From an uncultured Aquiluna sp. (GTDB lineage: Bacteria > Actinomycetota > Actinomycetes > Actinomycetales > Microbacteriaceae): a stretch of 64,000 bases of DNA. Below, piece by piece: positions 49,926-60,324 of the stretch. A model generated the notes under the pieces. That model worked only from the letters and a program-made list of their open reading frames with translations. It ran no database searches and was not told the DNA's origin. The translations under genes and the position numbers were made by a program. The DNA lies in NCBI GenBank assembly GCA_913775595.1, contig CAJYLB010000001.1, positions 868,001 through 932,000 of the forward strand, written 5' to 3'. The stretch's first letter is position 1. The number at the start of each line of letters is the position of its first letter.

Positions 49926-51653
49926 TTACTTTTCACCCTTGAGCTTTTGAGCCCCGAGTACCTCACGAAGCATGAACTCACCGGTTGGTGCAGGGTCCGA
50001 CTCCGTGCTGTCAGTCTGGGGCAGCTGCACCGTCTGAGGATCTTCCTCGTGTTCTTCAGGGTCTGTGAATTCGTCAGGATCGTTTGGCTCAATCTTGGGT
50101 GCAGTCGGTGGAGCTTTCTCGCTCTCGGCAATCTTGGCGCGGTACTTAACGGTGACTTGGGTTAGATCCCTGATTACCTGGCGCAGAACCTCGGCAGCTC
50201 CGCCCGAGTTCTTGAATGCATCAACGTCATTCTGGGAGGGGAAGAGCAGGGTGAGAACCTCATTGTCGTAGTCAACAACCTTGGAAGTGAAGGCAACGGC
50301 CCATGCAGAGCGTGACTGGGTGGCGAGCTTGTCCAGAATCAATTGCCAGTTACTTCTAAAAAACGCCGTTGAAACCTCTGCTGGTGCGGCAACAGGCTCG
50401 CTGGCCTTCTTTGTCTCCTGCTGCGGTTTAGGAGCAGCTTTAGTGGGCTCAGCAGGCTTATCAGCCCTGGGCACTTCGGGTGCAGGCTTCGCAGCGGCAG
50501 GCTTCGCTTCGGCAACTGGCTCCTTAGCCTCAGCAGGCTGAGGCTTAGCAGTGGTGGCAGGGGCCAGAATGCGAGCACACAGAAGCTCAAGTTGCAGCCT
50601 CGGGTTAGATGCTGCGGAAGTATCGCTGAGAGCCTTGGCTGTTGCCTCGGCACTTGCAGTTAGCTGTCCGAGTCCAAACCTTGCAGCTTGTATTTCAAGC
50701 TGATCAAACTGCTCGGGCCCAATGCCCCTGAGAATGGCCTGGGCATCCTTGCCTAGTGAGCTCACGAGCATGAGGTCCCTGATGCGCTCAAGGAGATCCT
50801 CTAAGAACCTCCTGGCATCCTGACCTGACTGAACCACTTTGTCTACCGATGCGAACGCCTTCGCGGCATCCAACTCGGCGAATGCGTCGATAACCTCTGC
50901 CATGAGATTGTCGTGGGTGAAGCCAAGGAGATTAATCGACCGCTCATACTCGATCTTCTTGCCATCGCTTCCAGCGATGAGCTGATCCAGAAGTGAAAGT
51001 GCGTCTCTCACTGAGCCTCCGGATGCCCTAACAACAAGCGGCATAACACCCTCTGCAGCTTCGAAGCCCTCGGATGAGAGCACCTGGGCAAGGTATTCCA
51101 AAAGCTCCGCAGGTGGCACGAGCCTAAATGGATAGTGGTGGGTCCTGGAACGAATCGTTCCAATCACCTTGTCAGGCTCAGTGGTGGCGAAGATGAACTT
51201 GATGTGCTCTGGCGGTTCCTCAACGATCTTTAGAAGCGCATTGAACCCCTGAGGGGTAACCATGTGGGCCTCATCAAGGATGAAGATCTTGTAGCGATCG
51301 CGAGACGGGGCAAAGATGGCCCTCTCCCTCAGATCTCTTGCATCGTCAACACCGTTGTGGCTGGCCGCATCGATCTCTACGACATCCAGTGAACCAGGTC
51401 CCCCGGTTGCCAGCTCAACACAGCTTTCACACTTGCCACAGGGATTATCGGTTGGGCCCTTCTCGCAATTTAGGCAGCGAGCGAGAATCCTTGCGCTGGT
51501 TGTCTTGCCGCAACCTCTCGGACCAGAAAACAAATATGCGTGGTGAACACGGTCAGAATTGAGGGCTGCCTTTAGCGGCTCTGTGACCTGAGACTGCCCA
51601 ATCAGATCAGCGAAGCTGTCCGGTCGATATCTGCGGTAGAGGGCGTAGGTCAC
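49926..51653 (-). CDS. dnaX: DNA polymerase III gamma/tau subunit
   Basis: ALYRRYRP, GPRGCGKT, EIDAASH, DEAHM. Confidence 0.97.
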   Translation of the reverse strand: MTYALYRRYRPDSFADLIGQSQVTEPLKAALNSDRVHHAYLFSGPRGCGKTTSARILARCLNCEKGPTDNPCGKCESCVELATGGPGSLDVVEIDAASHNGVDDARDLRERAIFAPSRDRYKIFILDEAHMVTPQGFNALLKIVEEPPEHIKFIFATTEPDKVIGTIRSRTHHYPFRLVPPAELLEYLAQVLSSEGFEAAEGVMPLVVRASGGSVRDALSLLDQLIAGSDGKKIEYERSINLLGFTHDNLMAEVIDAFAELDAAKAFASVDKVVQSGQDARRFLEDLLERIRDLMLVSSLGKDAQAILRGIGPEQFDQLEIQAARFGLGQLTASAEATAKALSDTSAASNPRLQLELLCARILAPATTAKPQPAEAKEPVAEAKPAAAKPAPEVPRADKPAEPTKAAPKPQQETKKASEPVAAPAEVSTAFFRSNWQLILDKLATQSRSAWAVAFTSKVVDYDNEVLTLLFPSQNDVDAFKNSGGAAEVLRQVIRDLTQVTVKYRAKIAESEKAPPTAPKIEPNDPDEFTDPEEHEEDPQTVQLPQTDSTESDPAPTGEFMLREVLGAQKLKGEK

Positions 51654-51721
51654 CTTGCAAGCCTAATCCTGGGTGAGATTTTTTTTGAGCGACTTTCCAG
51701 CGAGGCTGTATACGGCCTGGC

Positions 51722-52237
51722 TTAGTCGTCCTCGTAGCGGTCTTCGCCGTCTTCGTAGTTGTTGTCATAGTCATCTTCATAAACGAAGATCTCTGACTTT
51801 CCACCCCAAGTCGCCTCAGCTCCCGAGTGGCCAACGACGAATGTCATCGCGCTCGCTCCAATTGCCGCTGAGACCATGAAGAAGCCAAGTGCTTGGGACA
51901 ACAGCTTGGGCCAGTTGTATTTGACAGAGAGCCAAACAGCGACCGCGATAGCCAGGGTTCCGAGTGCTATGGGCATCATCATCTCGCCATACTCGGAGTG
52001 AGGTTCTGGCTCGTAGTAGACCTCTTCCAACGCCTCGCCAGACTGCTGAGCAATAAACACAAATGGGATAGTCAAAGCAAGCGCAATCACGCTTGCGCCC
52101 AAGTACCTTGATCGAAGCTTTGCAAAAGCAGTTACGACAGCCACCAATATCGCCGTTATGGGGAACAGAGTCACCGCAAAGTGGACGGCGAGAGGGTGGA
52201 GCGGGAGACCCGCGACCATCAAGAAAAGCTCTTCCAA
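51722..52237 (-). CDS. DUF2231-like membrane protein
   Basis: GLPLHPLAVH, GEALE, H..YG and VGHSGA..TW motifs; acidic tail. Confidence 0.8.
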   Translation of the reverse strand: MEELFLMVAGLPLHPLAVHFAVTLFPITAILVAVVTAFAKLRSRYLGASVIALALTIPFVFIAQQSGEALEEVYYEPEPHSEYGEMMMPIALGTLAIAVAVWLSVKYNWPKLLSQALGFFMVSAAIGASAMTFVVGHSGAEATWGGKSEIFVYEDDYDNNYEDGEDRYEDD

Positions 52238-52495
52238 CTACTTATCCATCTTGTAGCTCGGAAACTTCTCGGTGATCTTTTCTTCCTTGTACTCAGGAAA
52301 AAGCATTCCCGTGGGGCAGTAACCCATCGCGGCAGTGAAGATCATGAAAACTCCAAACGGGGCAAGCAGCCAGTACCACTCGCCCATCGTGACAGCGCTG
52401 ACAATCAGCGCGACGCCTAGCAGGCCACGAACGACCCTTCCAAGGTTTGATGACATGAACTCGATGAACTCTCTGGATTGTGGCGTTAGCTTCAT
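52238..52495 (-). CDS. DUF2892 (YgaP-like) membrane protein
   Basis: FMSS..GRVVR, two TM, GYCP; RBS GGAGG. Confidence 0.82.
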   Translation of the reverse strand: MKLTPQSREFIEFMSSNLGRVVRGLLGVALIVSAVTMGEWYWLLAPFGVFMIFTAAMGYCPTGMLFPEYKEEKITEKFPSYKMDK

Positions 52496-52570
52496 TTGTG
52501 CCTCCTCCTTCAAGCTAGCAGCTAGATACTGCACACTGTCTCAAAAAAGACTTACGGTTGGCTGAAAATT

Positions 52571-52663
52571 AGGGACCCCTCGCGCACCCGTCAGAGCTTC
52601 GCTACCCTTGCTATCTTTCGATCCTGGGGGATTCACCAAGGTGACGCCACGCGAGGAGTCACC
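52571..52663 (-). ncRNA. ffs: Signal recognition particle RNA (4.5S)
   Basis: Long hairpin GACTCCTCGCG...CGCGAGGGGTC with conserved CAGG-ATC-GAAA-GAT-AGCA helix 8; -10 TAGAAT; upstream of dnaX. Confidence 0.9.
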
Positions 52664-52680
52664 AACGATTCTATTGCCGA

Positions 52681-54168
52681 CTAGTTCTGTGGGAAACCCA
52701 GATTCAATCCGCCATGGGACGGATCTAGCCAGCGAGAGGTAACAACCTTGGTTTGGGTGAAGAACCTAAAGCCTTCTTCGCCGTGCGCCCGGCTATCACC
52801 AAACAGCGAGTGCTTCCAACCTCCAAAGGAGAAGTAGGCCACCGGCACGGGGATTGGGACATTGATCCCAATCATCCCGACCTCGACCTCGTGCTGGAAC
52901 CGTCTTGCGGCTCCGCCGTCATTTGTAAAAATGGCAGTTCCGTTGCCAAAGGCTCCTGAGTTGATTAGCTGCAGACCCTCTTCGTAGCTTGCGACCCTGA
53001 CGACAGAGAGCACCGGCCCAAAAATCTCCTCCCTGTAGACCTTGGAAGTAGTCGGCACTTTATCTAGGAGCGTTGGTCCAAGCCAATAGCCACCAGCATC
53101 CCCGTCTGGATTTACCTCACGGCCATCAACTACAACGGCTGCGCCATCGGAAGCGGCTATGTCGATATAGCTCTCAACCTTGTCGCGATGCTGCTTTGTG
53201 ACAAGTGGTCCCATATCGCAAGACCTGCGGCCATCACCAACCTTGATCTGCTTCATGCGCTGAGAAATCCTTGGTATCAAATCATCGGCCACAGGCTCTA
53301 CCGCAACGACAACCGAGATTGCCATGCAGCGCTCGCCGGCCGAGCCAAACCCCGCATTGACTGCGGAGTCAGCAACCAAGTCCAGATCTGCATCCGGAAG
53401 CACGAGCATGTGATTCTTGGCTCCGCCAAGAGCTTGGACTCGCTTGCCGTGCTTTGCCGATGTCTCATAGACGTACTGTGCGATTGGCGTTGAGCCAACA
53501 AAAGATATTGACCTCACCTCAGGATGCTCAAGCAGTCCATCAACGGCGACCTTGTCGCCGTGTAGAACATTGAATACTCCGTCGGGCAGTCCCGCCTCAG
53601 TAAGTAACTTCGCAATCCACATCGCACTCGATGGATCCTTTTCGCTGGGCTTTAGAACCACAGTGTTTCCCGCTGCAATCGCCACCGGAAAGAACCACAT
53701 CGGAACCATCGCCGGAAAGTTAAACGGGCTAATGATGCCGACAACCCCGAGCGGCTGCTTCATTGAATAGACATCTATAGAGGTTGAGGCATTCTCTGAG
53801 TACTCACCTTTTAGAAGGTGTGGCAGGCCACAGGCAAAGTCAACAACTTCCAGACCTCTATTGATCTCACCCAGGGCATCAGACACGACCTTGCCGTGCT
53901 CCTCAGTAATGATCTCGGCAAGCTCAGACTTCTTGCTCTCCAGCAACTCTCGAAAGCGGAACATTATGGCGCTGCGCTTTGCAAGCGAGGTGTCTCGCCA
54001 TTCCGGGAAGGCGCTGCTCGCAGCTGCTACGGCAGCCTCAATGTCGCCCTTGTCGGCAAAAGCGACCTCTTTGGTCTGTATCCCTTTGGCTGGATCAAAT
54101 ACCTGACCCCTGCCAGAGCCATTGCCTTGAAATTCTTTACCGGCAACCCAGTGAGTAACCAACTTCAT
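52681..54168 (-). CDS. mmsA: CoA-acylating methylmalonate-semialdehyde dehydrogenase
   Basis: PFNFPAMVP, GGAKNH, GERCMA, GINVPIPVP. Confidence 0.93.
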   Translation of the reverse strand: MKLVTHWVAGKEFQGNGSGRGQVFDPAKGIQTKEVAFADKGDIEAAVAAASSAFPEWRDTSLAKRSAIMFRFRELLESKKSELAEIITEEHGKVVSDALGEINRGLEVVDFACGLPHLLKGEYSENASTSIDVYSMKQPLGVVGIISPFNFPAMVPMWFFPVAIAAGNTVVLKPSEKDPSSAMWIAKLLTEAGLPDGVFNVLHGDKVAVDGLLEHPEVRSISFVGSTPIAQYVYETSAKHGKRVQALGGAKNHMLVLPDADLDLVADSAVNAGFGSAGERCMAISVVVAVEPVADDLIPRISQRMKQIKVGDGRRSCDMGPLVTKQHRDKVESYIDIAASDGAAVVVDGREVNPDGDAGGYWLGPTLLDKVPTTSKVYREEIFGPVLSVVRVASYEEGLQLINSGAFGNGTAIFTNDGGAARRFQHEVEVGMIGINVPIPVPVAYFSFGGWKHSLFGDSRAHGEEGFRFFTQTKVVTSRWLDPSHGGLNLGFPQN

Positions 54169-54229
54169 CGTCTACCTCGCTTCACCAAAGAAGACTACCT
54201 TTATCAAAGGTGCCCCAGCAGGAGAGAAA

Positions 54230-54772
54230 GTGGCTGATATAAACAAAGAAATAGAGGAGCTAATCGCCTCCCTTCCGCCCAGTCAGGCAAGGGTGTTATT
54301 TGCTCTTCGCGAGCTGATCAAAGAGCTTGCTCCCGGTGCCACTGAGCGCATCTCATACGCAATGCCCACCTTTGAAATCTCAGGGCAGATTCTCATTCAC
54401 TACCAAGGCTTCAAGGATCACAACAGCCTCTTTCTGGGCGCGGAGGTGCCAATCAGATTGGCGGATGAACTTGGGGACATGGTCACCTCTAAAGGGACCA
54501 TTCAGTTAGATAAAGAAAAGGTCCCTAAAAAGAGTCTCGTGAAAAAGCTGCTCACGACGAGGATAAACATCATCAACGAGAGTTTCCCCAAGAAAAACGG
54601 CGAATACCTCTCTTTCTATGACAACGGCTACCTCAAGTCGAAAGGCAGATATAAGGAGGGCCAAATGCACGGCTACTGGCACTTCTACCGCAAGGACGGA
54701 TCGCTAATGCGCGAGGGCAAGCTAAACATGGGTGAACCACGGGGCGAATGGATCACCCACGTTCGAGACTGA
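54230..54772 (+). CDS. DUF1801 domain fused to MORN-variant/YwqK-like repeats
   Basis: ISYAMPTF and SKGTIQ in the N-half; YDNG...G.Y..G..HG.W..Y..DG repeats in the C-half. Confidence 0.75.
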   Translation: MADINKEIEELIASLPPSQARVLFALRELIKELAPGATERISYAMPTFEISGQILIHYQGFKDHNSLFLGAEVPIRLADELGDMVTSKGTIQLDKEKVPKKSLVKKLLTTRINIINESFPKKNGEYLSFYDNGYLKSKGRYKEGQMHGYWHFYRKDGSLMREGKLNMGEPRGEWITHVRD

Positions 54773-54818
54773 GGTTGGTCGTTGGCAAGAGATGCAACTA
54801 AACTCTTGCGGGTACCAA

Positions 54819-54906
54819 GGAGAATTCGCCTAGTGGCCTATGGCGCACGCTTGGAAAGCGTGTTGGGTGCAAGCCCTCGGGGGTTCGAATCCCCCATTCT
54901 CCGCCA
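54819..54906 (+). tRNA. tRNA-Ser (GGA)
   Basis: GGAGAAT...ATTCTCC-G-CCA; anticodon arm CACGC-TTGGAAA-GCGTG; long variable arm. Confidence 0.97.
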
Positions 54907-54959
54907 AGTCTTCCCGACTGATTTGTGGATTAATTCGACAGCGTCAAAAGCTGCAGCTG

Positions 54960-56027
54960 CTAACTCACCGCAGCTCTCAGCGCAGCCAGGAGCCCCTCGA
55001 CATCATCTTCTGTGGTGTCCCAGGAGCACATCCACCTAACCTGACCGGTTGCCTGGTCCCAGATATAAAAGCGGAACTCATCCTGCAGCTTTGCAGTCAC
55101 CTCTGCAGGCAGGATTGGGAAGACAGCGTTGGCATCCGCAGGATTTGGGACAGTGACCCCTGGGGATTCACTCGAGATTTCTAACACGCCCGAGTAGAGC
55201 TTGGCCGCCATTGAGTTTGCAATGCGTGCGTTTTCAAGTGCCACCTTTGCACCATCAGCAAAGAGAGCGTTAAGTTGCGCCGAAACAAAGCGCATCTTTG
55301 ATGGCAGCTGCATTGAGGTTTTTCTCAAATACGGCATTGCCTCAGCCAACCTTGCACCATGCTCCGACTGAGTGTTAGTCACCACCACAGCCTCGGCTGC
55401 GAGGGCGCCAATCTTGGTGCCACCCAGGGATACCAGATCAACACCCACATCCGTCGTGAACTCCTTGAAGCTCTTGCCAAGAGCCGCTGCGGCATTGGAG
55501 AGTCTGGCGCCATCTAAGTGCAACAGGAGGCCGTGCTCGTGAGCAACATCTGCGAGCGCCGAAATCTCCTCGGGCTGGTAGACGGTGCCCATCTCGGTGG
55601 TCTGAGTGATGCTTACAACACCTGGTTGCGCACGATGAACAAAACCAAAGTCGAATAACTGGGAGTTGAGCCCCTCAACCGAGAGCTTCCCATCAGATGA
55701 TGGCACCGTCCAGAGCTTTAGGCCCCCCATCTTTTCTGGAGCGCCGCCCTCGTCCATATGTATGTGCGCTGACTCGACACAGACAACAGCTTCCCAGCGC
55801 TTCACAGCAGACTGCAGGGCAATGACATTTGCTCCGGTGCCATTGAAGACTGGAAAACCCTCGGCAGTAGCGCCAAAGAGTTCCCTAACTACCTCTTGGA
55901 ATCTAGCTGTCTCGCTGTCGTCTCCATAGGCAACCTGGTGACCGTGGTTGACCTCCGCCATGCGAGCCATTACCGCCGGGTGCACGCCAGCGTAGTTATC
56001 GCTTGCGAATCCGCGCTGGTTAGCCAT
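54960..56027 (-). CDS. ltaE: Low-specificity threonine aldolase family
   Basis: FASDNY, NGTGAN, HLDGAR, GGTK (PLP lysine). Confidence 0.88.
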   Translation of the reverse strand: MANQRGFASDNYAGVHPAVMARMAEVNHGHQVAYGDDSETARFQEVVRELFGATAEGFPVFNGTGANVIALQSAVKRWEAVVCVESAHIHMDEGGAPEKMGGLKLWTVPSSDGKLSVEGLNSQLFDFGFVHRAQPGVVSITQTTEMGTVYQPEEISALADVAHEHGLLLHLDGARLSNAAAALGKSFKEFTTDVGVDLVSLGGTKIGALAAEAVVVTNTQSEHGARLAEAMPYLRKTSMQLPSKMRFVSAQLNALFADGAKVALENARIANSMAAKLYSGVLEISSESPGVTVPNPADANAVFPILPAEVTAKLQDEFRFYIWDQATGQVRWMCSWDTTEDDVEGLLAALRAAVS

Positions 56028-56069
56028 GAGACTCCTAAGTTAGGCGCCCTAGAAGATTACCGCTAGAAA

Positions 56070-57467
56070 CTACAGCGACTTCAGGATGTCTCCGACCTTC
56101 TCCTTGGCATCACCGAAGAGCATCTTGGTGTTTGCCTTGTAGAAGAGCGGGTTTGCAACACCTGCATAACCGGACGCCATCGAGCGCTTGAAGACGATCA
56201 CATTCTCAGCCTCCCAGACCTTGAGAACGGGCATGCCGGCAATCGGGCTTCCGGGGTTCTCAGCAGCTGCAGGATTCACTGTGTCATTGGCTCCGATAAC
56301 CAGTACCACCTGGGTCTCTGGGAAGTCATCGTTGATCTCGTCCATCTCCAAGACAATGTCGTAAGGGACCTTGGCCTCGGCCAGCAGCACGTTCATGTGA
56401 CCGGGGAGCCTTCCGGCAACCGGGTGAATGCCAAAGCGAACCTCGACACCCTTTTCCTTAAGTCTCTTAGCCAGCTCTGCAACCGGGTACTGTGCCTGGG
56501 CAACGGCCATGCCGTATCCGGGAGTAATGACAACGCTCTTAGCGCTAGAGAGCAGCTCGGCAACCTGAGCGGCATCGATCTCAGTGTGCTCTCCGGTCTC
56601 CTCTTCGCCCTCAGTTGGAGCTTCGATGCCGTAGCCTCCGAAAATCACCGAGATAAACGAGCGGTTCATCGCGCGGCACATGATGTAAGACAGGTAAGCA
56701 CCCGAGGAACCAACCAGGGCGCCGGTAACAATGAGCAGATCGTTACTCAGCAGGAAGCCTGTGGCCGCAGCTGCCCAACCCGAGTAGCTGTTTAGCATTG
56801 ACACCACTACCGGCATATCTCCACCACCGATGGAGGCAACCAGGTGCCAACCAAGTGCCAACGCCAAGATGGTGACCGAAATCAACAGCCCCATGGCAGG
56901 GGTGATTACATACGCAACAGTGAGGCCGATAAAGCCAACCAAAGCTGAGAGATTCAGCATGTTTCTTCCGGGAAGAATCAGCGGCTTCGACGATATCTTG
57001 GCCGAGAGCTTTAGGTAGGCGACGATCGAGCCGGTGAAGGTCACAGCACCAATAAAGATGCCTATGAATACCTCAGCTCTGTGAACTCCTACAAGCTCCG
57101 GAGCAAGGTCTCCGGAGTGGAGAGCCCCATTCCAGCCCACCAGAACCGCAGTGAGACCAACGAAGCTGTGGAAAAGTGCGATTAGTTCTGGCATGCCCGT
57201 CATGGCAACGACCTTGGCCCGCCAGAGTCCGATTACAGCTCCTGCACCAAGCGCCACTAGCAAAAGCACGAAGCCGGTAGAGGTAGCTTCGTTCCACTCT
57301 CCCGCGAAGGTAAGCCAGATGGTCGCCGACATCGCAATCGTCATTCCCGCGATGCCGTAGCGAATACCGGTCCTACCGGTCTCATGCTTGCTGAGGCCGG
57401 CAAGGCTCATGATGAACAGCAGGGCTGCCGCAACGTAAGCGGCGTTAGCAACGGCTAGAGCAGTCAT
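56070..57467 (-). CDS. pntB: NAD(P) transhydrogenase beta subunit
   Basis: [32 protein letters not shown]. Confidence 0.97.
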   Translation of the reverse strand: MTALAVANAAYVAAALLFIMSLAGLSKHETGRTGIRYGIAGMTIAMSATIWLTFAGEWNEATSTGFVLLLVALGAGAVIGLWRAKVVAMTGMPELIALFHSFVGLTAVLVGWNGALHSGDLAPELVGVHRAEVFIGIFIGAVTFTGSIVAYLKLSAKISSKPLILPGRNMLNLSALVGFIGLTVAYVITPAMGLLISVTILALALGWHLVASIGGGDMPVVVSMLNSYSGWAAAATGFLLSNDLLIVTGALVGSSGAYLSYIMCRAMNRSFISVIFGGYGIEAPTEGEEETGEHTEIDAAQVAELLSSAKSVVITPGYGMAVAQAQYPVAELAKRLKEKGVEVRFGIHPVAGRLPGHMNVLLAEAKVPYDIVLEMDEINDDFPETQVVLVIGANDTVNPAAAENPGSPIAGMPVLKVWEAENVIVFKRSMASGYAGVANPLFYKANTKMLFGDAKEKVGDILKSL

Positions 57468-59002
57468 TACTGGTCTCCCTTCGTGAACATCTTGAGCATT
57501 CGACGGGTGACGGCAAAGCCACCAAAGACGTTGATGCTCGCGATCATCACCCCGATGAAGGCAAGAATTTGAACCAGCAGTATCGAGTCGGTGAGCTGCA
57601 GAATCGCAGCAACCACCACGATGCCTGAAATCGCATTAGTAACACTCATCAAAGGGGTGTGGAGAGCGTGATGGACCTTACCGATCACGTAGAACCCAAC
57701 CACCACCGAGAGCGTGAGCACCAGGAAGTGCTGCGGCAATGGCGGTGGAGCGAGCGCCACCACACCAAACAGCGCAGCCAGTCCTGCGGCGATTAGCCCG
57801 CCCTTAGTGCGCGCTGACATCTTCTTTTTCTCCGGCATTTCCTGAGGCTCGGCAGGTGCCTGAACCGGAGCTGCTGAGACTTGCACCGGAGGTGGAGGCC
57901 AGGTGATCTCGCCGCTCTTCACAACAGTCACTGCCCGCTGCACGACATCCTCAAAGTCCAGCTCGAGCTTGCCCTTCTTCTTTGGAGTTAGAAGCTTGAG
58001 AAGGTTCACAAGGTTCGTGCCATAGAGCTGGGATGACTGAGCTGGCAGGCGAGATGGCAGGTCGGTGTAGCCGAGAATGATGACGCCGTTCTTAGTAACA
58101 ATGCGCTTTCCCGCTACCGAACCTGCGACATTTCCGCCCTGCGCCGCAGCCATGTCAACAATCACGCTGCCCGGCTTCATCAGCGAGACATCCTTGGCAG
58201 TAATCAACTTTGGAGCCGGCTTGCCCGGAATCAAGGCGGTCGTAATGATGATGTCGACGTCCTTAGCCTGCTCCGTGTAGATCTCAGCAGCGCGCTTGTC
58301 GTAAGCCTTGCTGGTCTGCTTGGCATAGCCGTCGGAGGACTCCATCTGCTCTTCAATTTCAACCGGCAGATACTCGCCACCAATGGACTTGACCTGATCC
58401 GCGACCTCTGGACGTGGGTCTGTGGCCCTAACAATTGCTCCGAGACTCGATGCCGCACCAATGGCTGCCAGTCCGGCAACTCCGGCCCCGGCGACCAGAA
58501 CCTTGGCTGGGGCAACCTTGCCCGCCGCCGTTACCTGGCCAGTGAAGAATCGTCCAAACTCATGAGCTGACTCAACAACTGCTCGGTAACCGGCAATGTT
58601 TGCCATTGAGCTCAGCACGTCCATGGACTGGGCTCTGGAGATTCTTGGAACCGCGTCCATAGCTAGCGCGGTGACTCCCTGCTTGGCAAGGTTCTTCAGA
58701 AGATTGGGGTTGAGGGCCGGGCTGAGTATGCCAACCAGAATTGCGCCCTTCTTGAGGCGCTTTATCTCAGTGGGGGTCGGCGCATTGACCTTGAGGACAA
58801 TGTCTGCCTTCCAGGTTGCGGCCATGGTGCCGACCTTGGCACCGGCTGCGACGTAGGCGCTGTCTGGGAAAGAGGCCTTCGCACCCGCACCCTTCTCAAC
58901 TAAAACTTGGTAGCCAAGCGCTCTAATGGCTTTCACGGTCTCAGGGGTGGCACTAACCCTGGACTCCGCCTGCGGCTCTAAAACAACACCGATGGTAGAC
59001 AC
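57467..59002 (-). CDS. pntA: NAD(P) transhydrogenase alpha subunit
   Basis: [35 protein letters not shown]. Confidence 0.97.
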   Translation of the reverse strand: MSTIGVVLEPQAESRVSATPETVKAIRALGYQVLVEKGAGAKASFPDSAYVAAGAKVGTMAATWKADIVLKVNAPTPTEIKRLKKGAILVGILSPALNPNLLKNLAKQGVTALAMDAVPRISRAQSMDVLSSMANIAGYRAVVESAHEFGRFFTGQVTAAGKVAPAKVLVAGAGVAGLAAIGAASSLGAIVRATDPRPEVADQVKSIGGEYLPVEIEEQMESSDGYAKQTSKAYDKRAAEIYTEQAKDVDIIITTALIPGKPAPKLITAKDVSLMKPGSVIVDMAAAQGGNVAGSVAGKRIVTKNGVIILGYTDLPSRLPAQSSQLYGTNLVNLLKLLTPKKKGKLELDFEDVVQRAVTVVKSGEITWPPPPVQVSAAPVQAPAEPQEMPEKKKMSARTKGGLIAAGLAALFGVVALAPPPLPQHFLVLTLSVVVGFYVIGKVHHALHTPLMSVTNAISGIVVVAAILQLTDSILLVQILAFIGVMIASINVFGGFAVTRRMLKMFTKGDQ

Positions 59003-59014
59003 GTATTCTCCTTA

Positions 59015-59043
59015 GGCAATCTCAGTTATCAACTAGATTTGCC
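59015..59043. promoter_or_regulatory. Imperfect palindrome abutting the pntA RBS
   Basis: GGCAATCTCAGTT-ATC-AACTAGATTTGCC. Confidence 0.4.
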
Positions 59044-59075
59044 GGCTTTCGCTTCCGAGTAACGCTATCGCTTAT

Positions 59076-59354
59076 CTACTGCTGGTTCTGATCTCCGGAC
59101 TTCCGCTTGGCAAAAAAGGCCTTCACCTTCGCCACAATACGCTCCAGGCCTTGCATGCCCTGCTGGTTTAGCTCCCTCGCCCACTTGATCTCAAGGGCGA
59201 GGATTGAGGTGCCAAAGAACAAAAACAGCAGCCCTGGCCCTGGCGTCACGAGCATCACTAGGCCCAATCCCACGAGGAAAAAGCCAACGACCATGACCAA
59301 TACCCAGCGAACCGGGTGCGGGAGGTTGTTTAGAAATGTCTTTAGCTTTTCCAT
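59076..59354 (-). CDS. PGPGW-family small membrane protein
   Basis: TM-TPGPGLL-TM-LALEIKWAR. Confidence 0.85.
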   Translation of the reverse strand: MEKLKTFLNNLPHPVRWVLVMVVGFFLVGLGLVMLVTPGPGLLFLFFGTSILALEIKWARELNQQGMQGLERIVAKVKAFFAKRKSGDQNQQ

Positions 59355-59449
59355 ACTGCTCTTAGTCTGACTAGGCCTTGATTATGGCAGTGCCAGCTGA
59401 AACTCTGCTGACAACTTCACAATTGTTCAGCTCGATTTCAACCAACTAC

Positions 59450-60256
59450 CTATGTGCTCGCAATCGCCGGGATGATCGCGCCCGAGAACACCTGCCACGC
59501 CAGCACCGACTTAGCAACCAGACTCAAGGTGATATAGGTTGCCTCGCCGTAGAGGTAGTTCTTCCAAGGTCCAATCTTCTTGTATTGGAAGGCCTGGTTG
59601 AAGGCAAAGGTATTGAAGAACAAAAACAGCGCAACGATGATGCCGTAAACGAATCCTGGAATCTCGGCAGCACTCTCGCTGCCGGGCTGGATTGTGTAGA
59701 CGATCAATATGAGCCACGGCACGATGCCCGTGATTGAGCCCATGATGAAAGGCAGCCCTTGGCCATTTCCCGGCTCTTCATACTTCTCCTGCAGCGCACC
59801 AAAGAAAATCATCGAGGCGTTCACTGCGAAGATCGCGGTCAAAGCGGCAAATCCCGAGACACCGGTTAGCTGCGCAATAAGCCAAATCATCACCGAGGAC
59901 GAGAGCGAGTACTCAACCCAGCGGAAATAGTTGCGGTTGAGCTTCAGCCCGCCTTTGTACCTGGAGAAGAACCACGGCGATGAAATCAAGAAGTGGAAGA
60001 AGGCGGATAGCAGCAAGAAGCCAATTACGCCGGCACCAATGTTGATGTCAAAGAGCTCAACGCGCTCGGGCGGCAGCGGCACCCCGGGAGGGCCGGTCGG
60101 GTAATCAATGGTCACCGGGAAGAGAATCTGGCTATCCAGCAGCGTGAGCACAAAGCTTAGACCGGCAGCTTGGGCGAGGTGAAGGAATCCCGCTACAACG
60201 TTGTAGCCGCGAAGCCGTGCAATGTATTCATCTTGGGTTCTTTGTTTCTTAGCCAA
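59450..60256 (-). CDS. heR: Heliorhodopsin
   Basis: 7 TM; FLHLAQ and FFHF histidines; RWVEYSLSS counterion motif; LSLVAKS.LAW retinal lysine. Confidence 0.95.
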   Translation of the reverse strand: MAKKQRTQDEYIARLRGYNVVAGFLHLAQAAGLSFVLTLLDSQILFPVTIDYPTGPPGVPLPPERVELFDINIGAGVIGFLLLSAFFHFLISSPWFFSRYKGGLKLNRNYFRWVEYSLSSSVMIWLIAQLTGVSGFAALTAIFAVNASMIFFGALQEKYEEPGNGQGLPFIMGSITGIVPWLILIVYTIQPGSESAAEIPGFVYGIIVALFLFFNTFAFNQAFQYKKIGPWKNYLYGEATYITLSLVAKSVLAWQVFSGAIIPAIAST

Positions 60257-60324
60257 CTTGGCCCCCTTAATTCTTTCTCAGGCTACGCCCTAATTCAAAT
60301 AAGGGAAACAATCAATCAGCTGGG

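Noticed and set aside
50340..50560. Programmed frameshift or repeat element in dnaX
   Set aside because: Only a Pro/Ala/Lys-rich linker and one T6 run; no A-AAA-AAG slippery site with a downstream hairpin was seen.
59407..59424. Possible Rex operator upstream of PGPGW-pntAB (TTGTGAA half-site on the minus strand)
   Set aside because: The second half-site (TCAGCAG) matches TTCACAA poorly.
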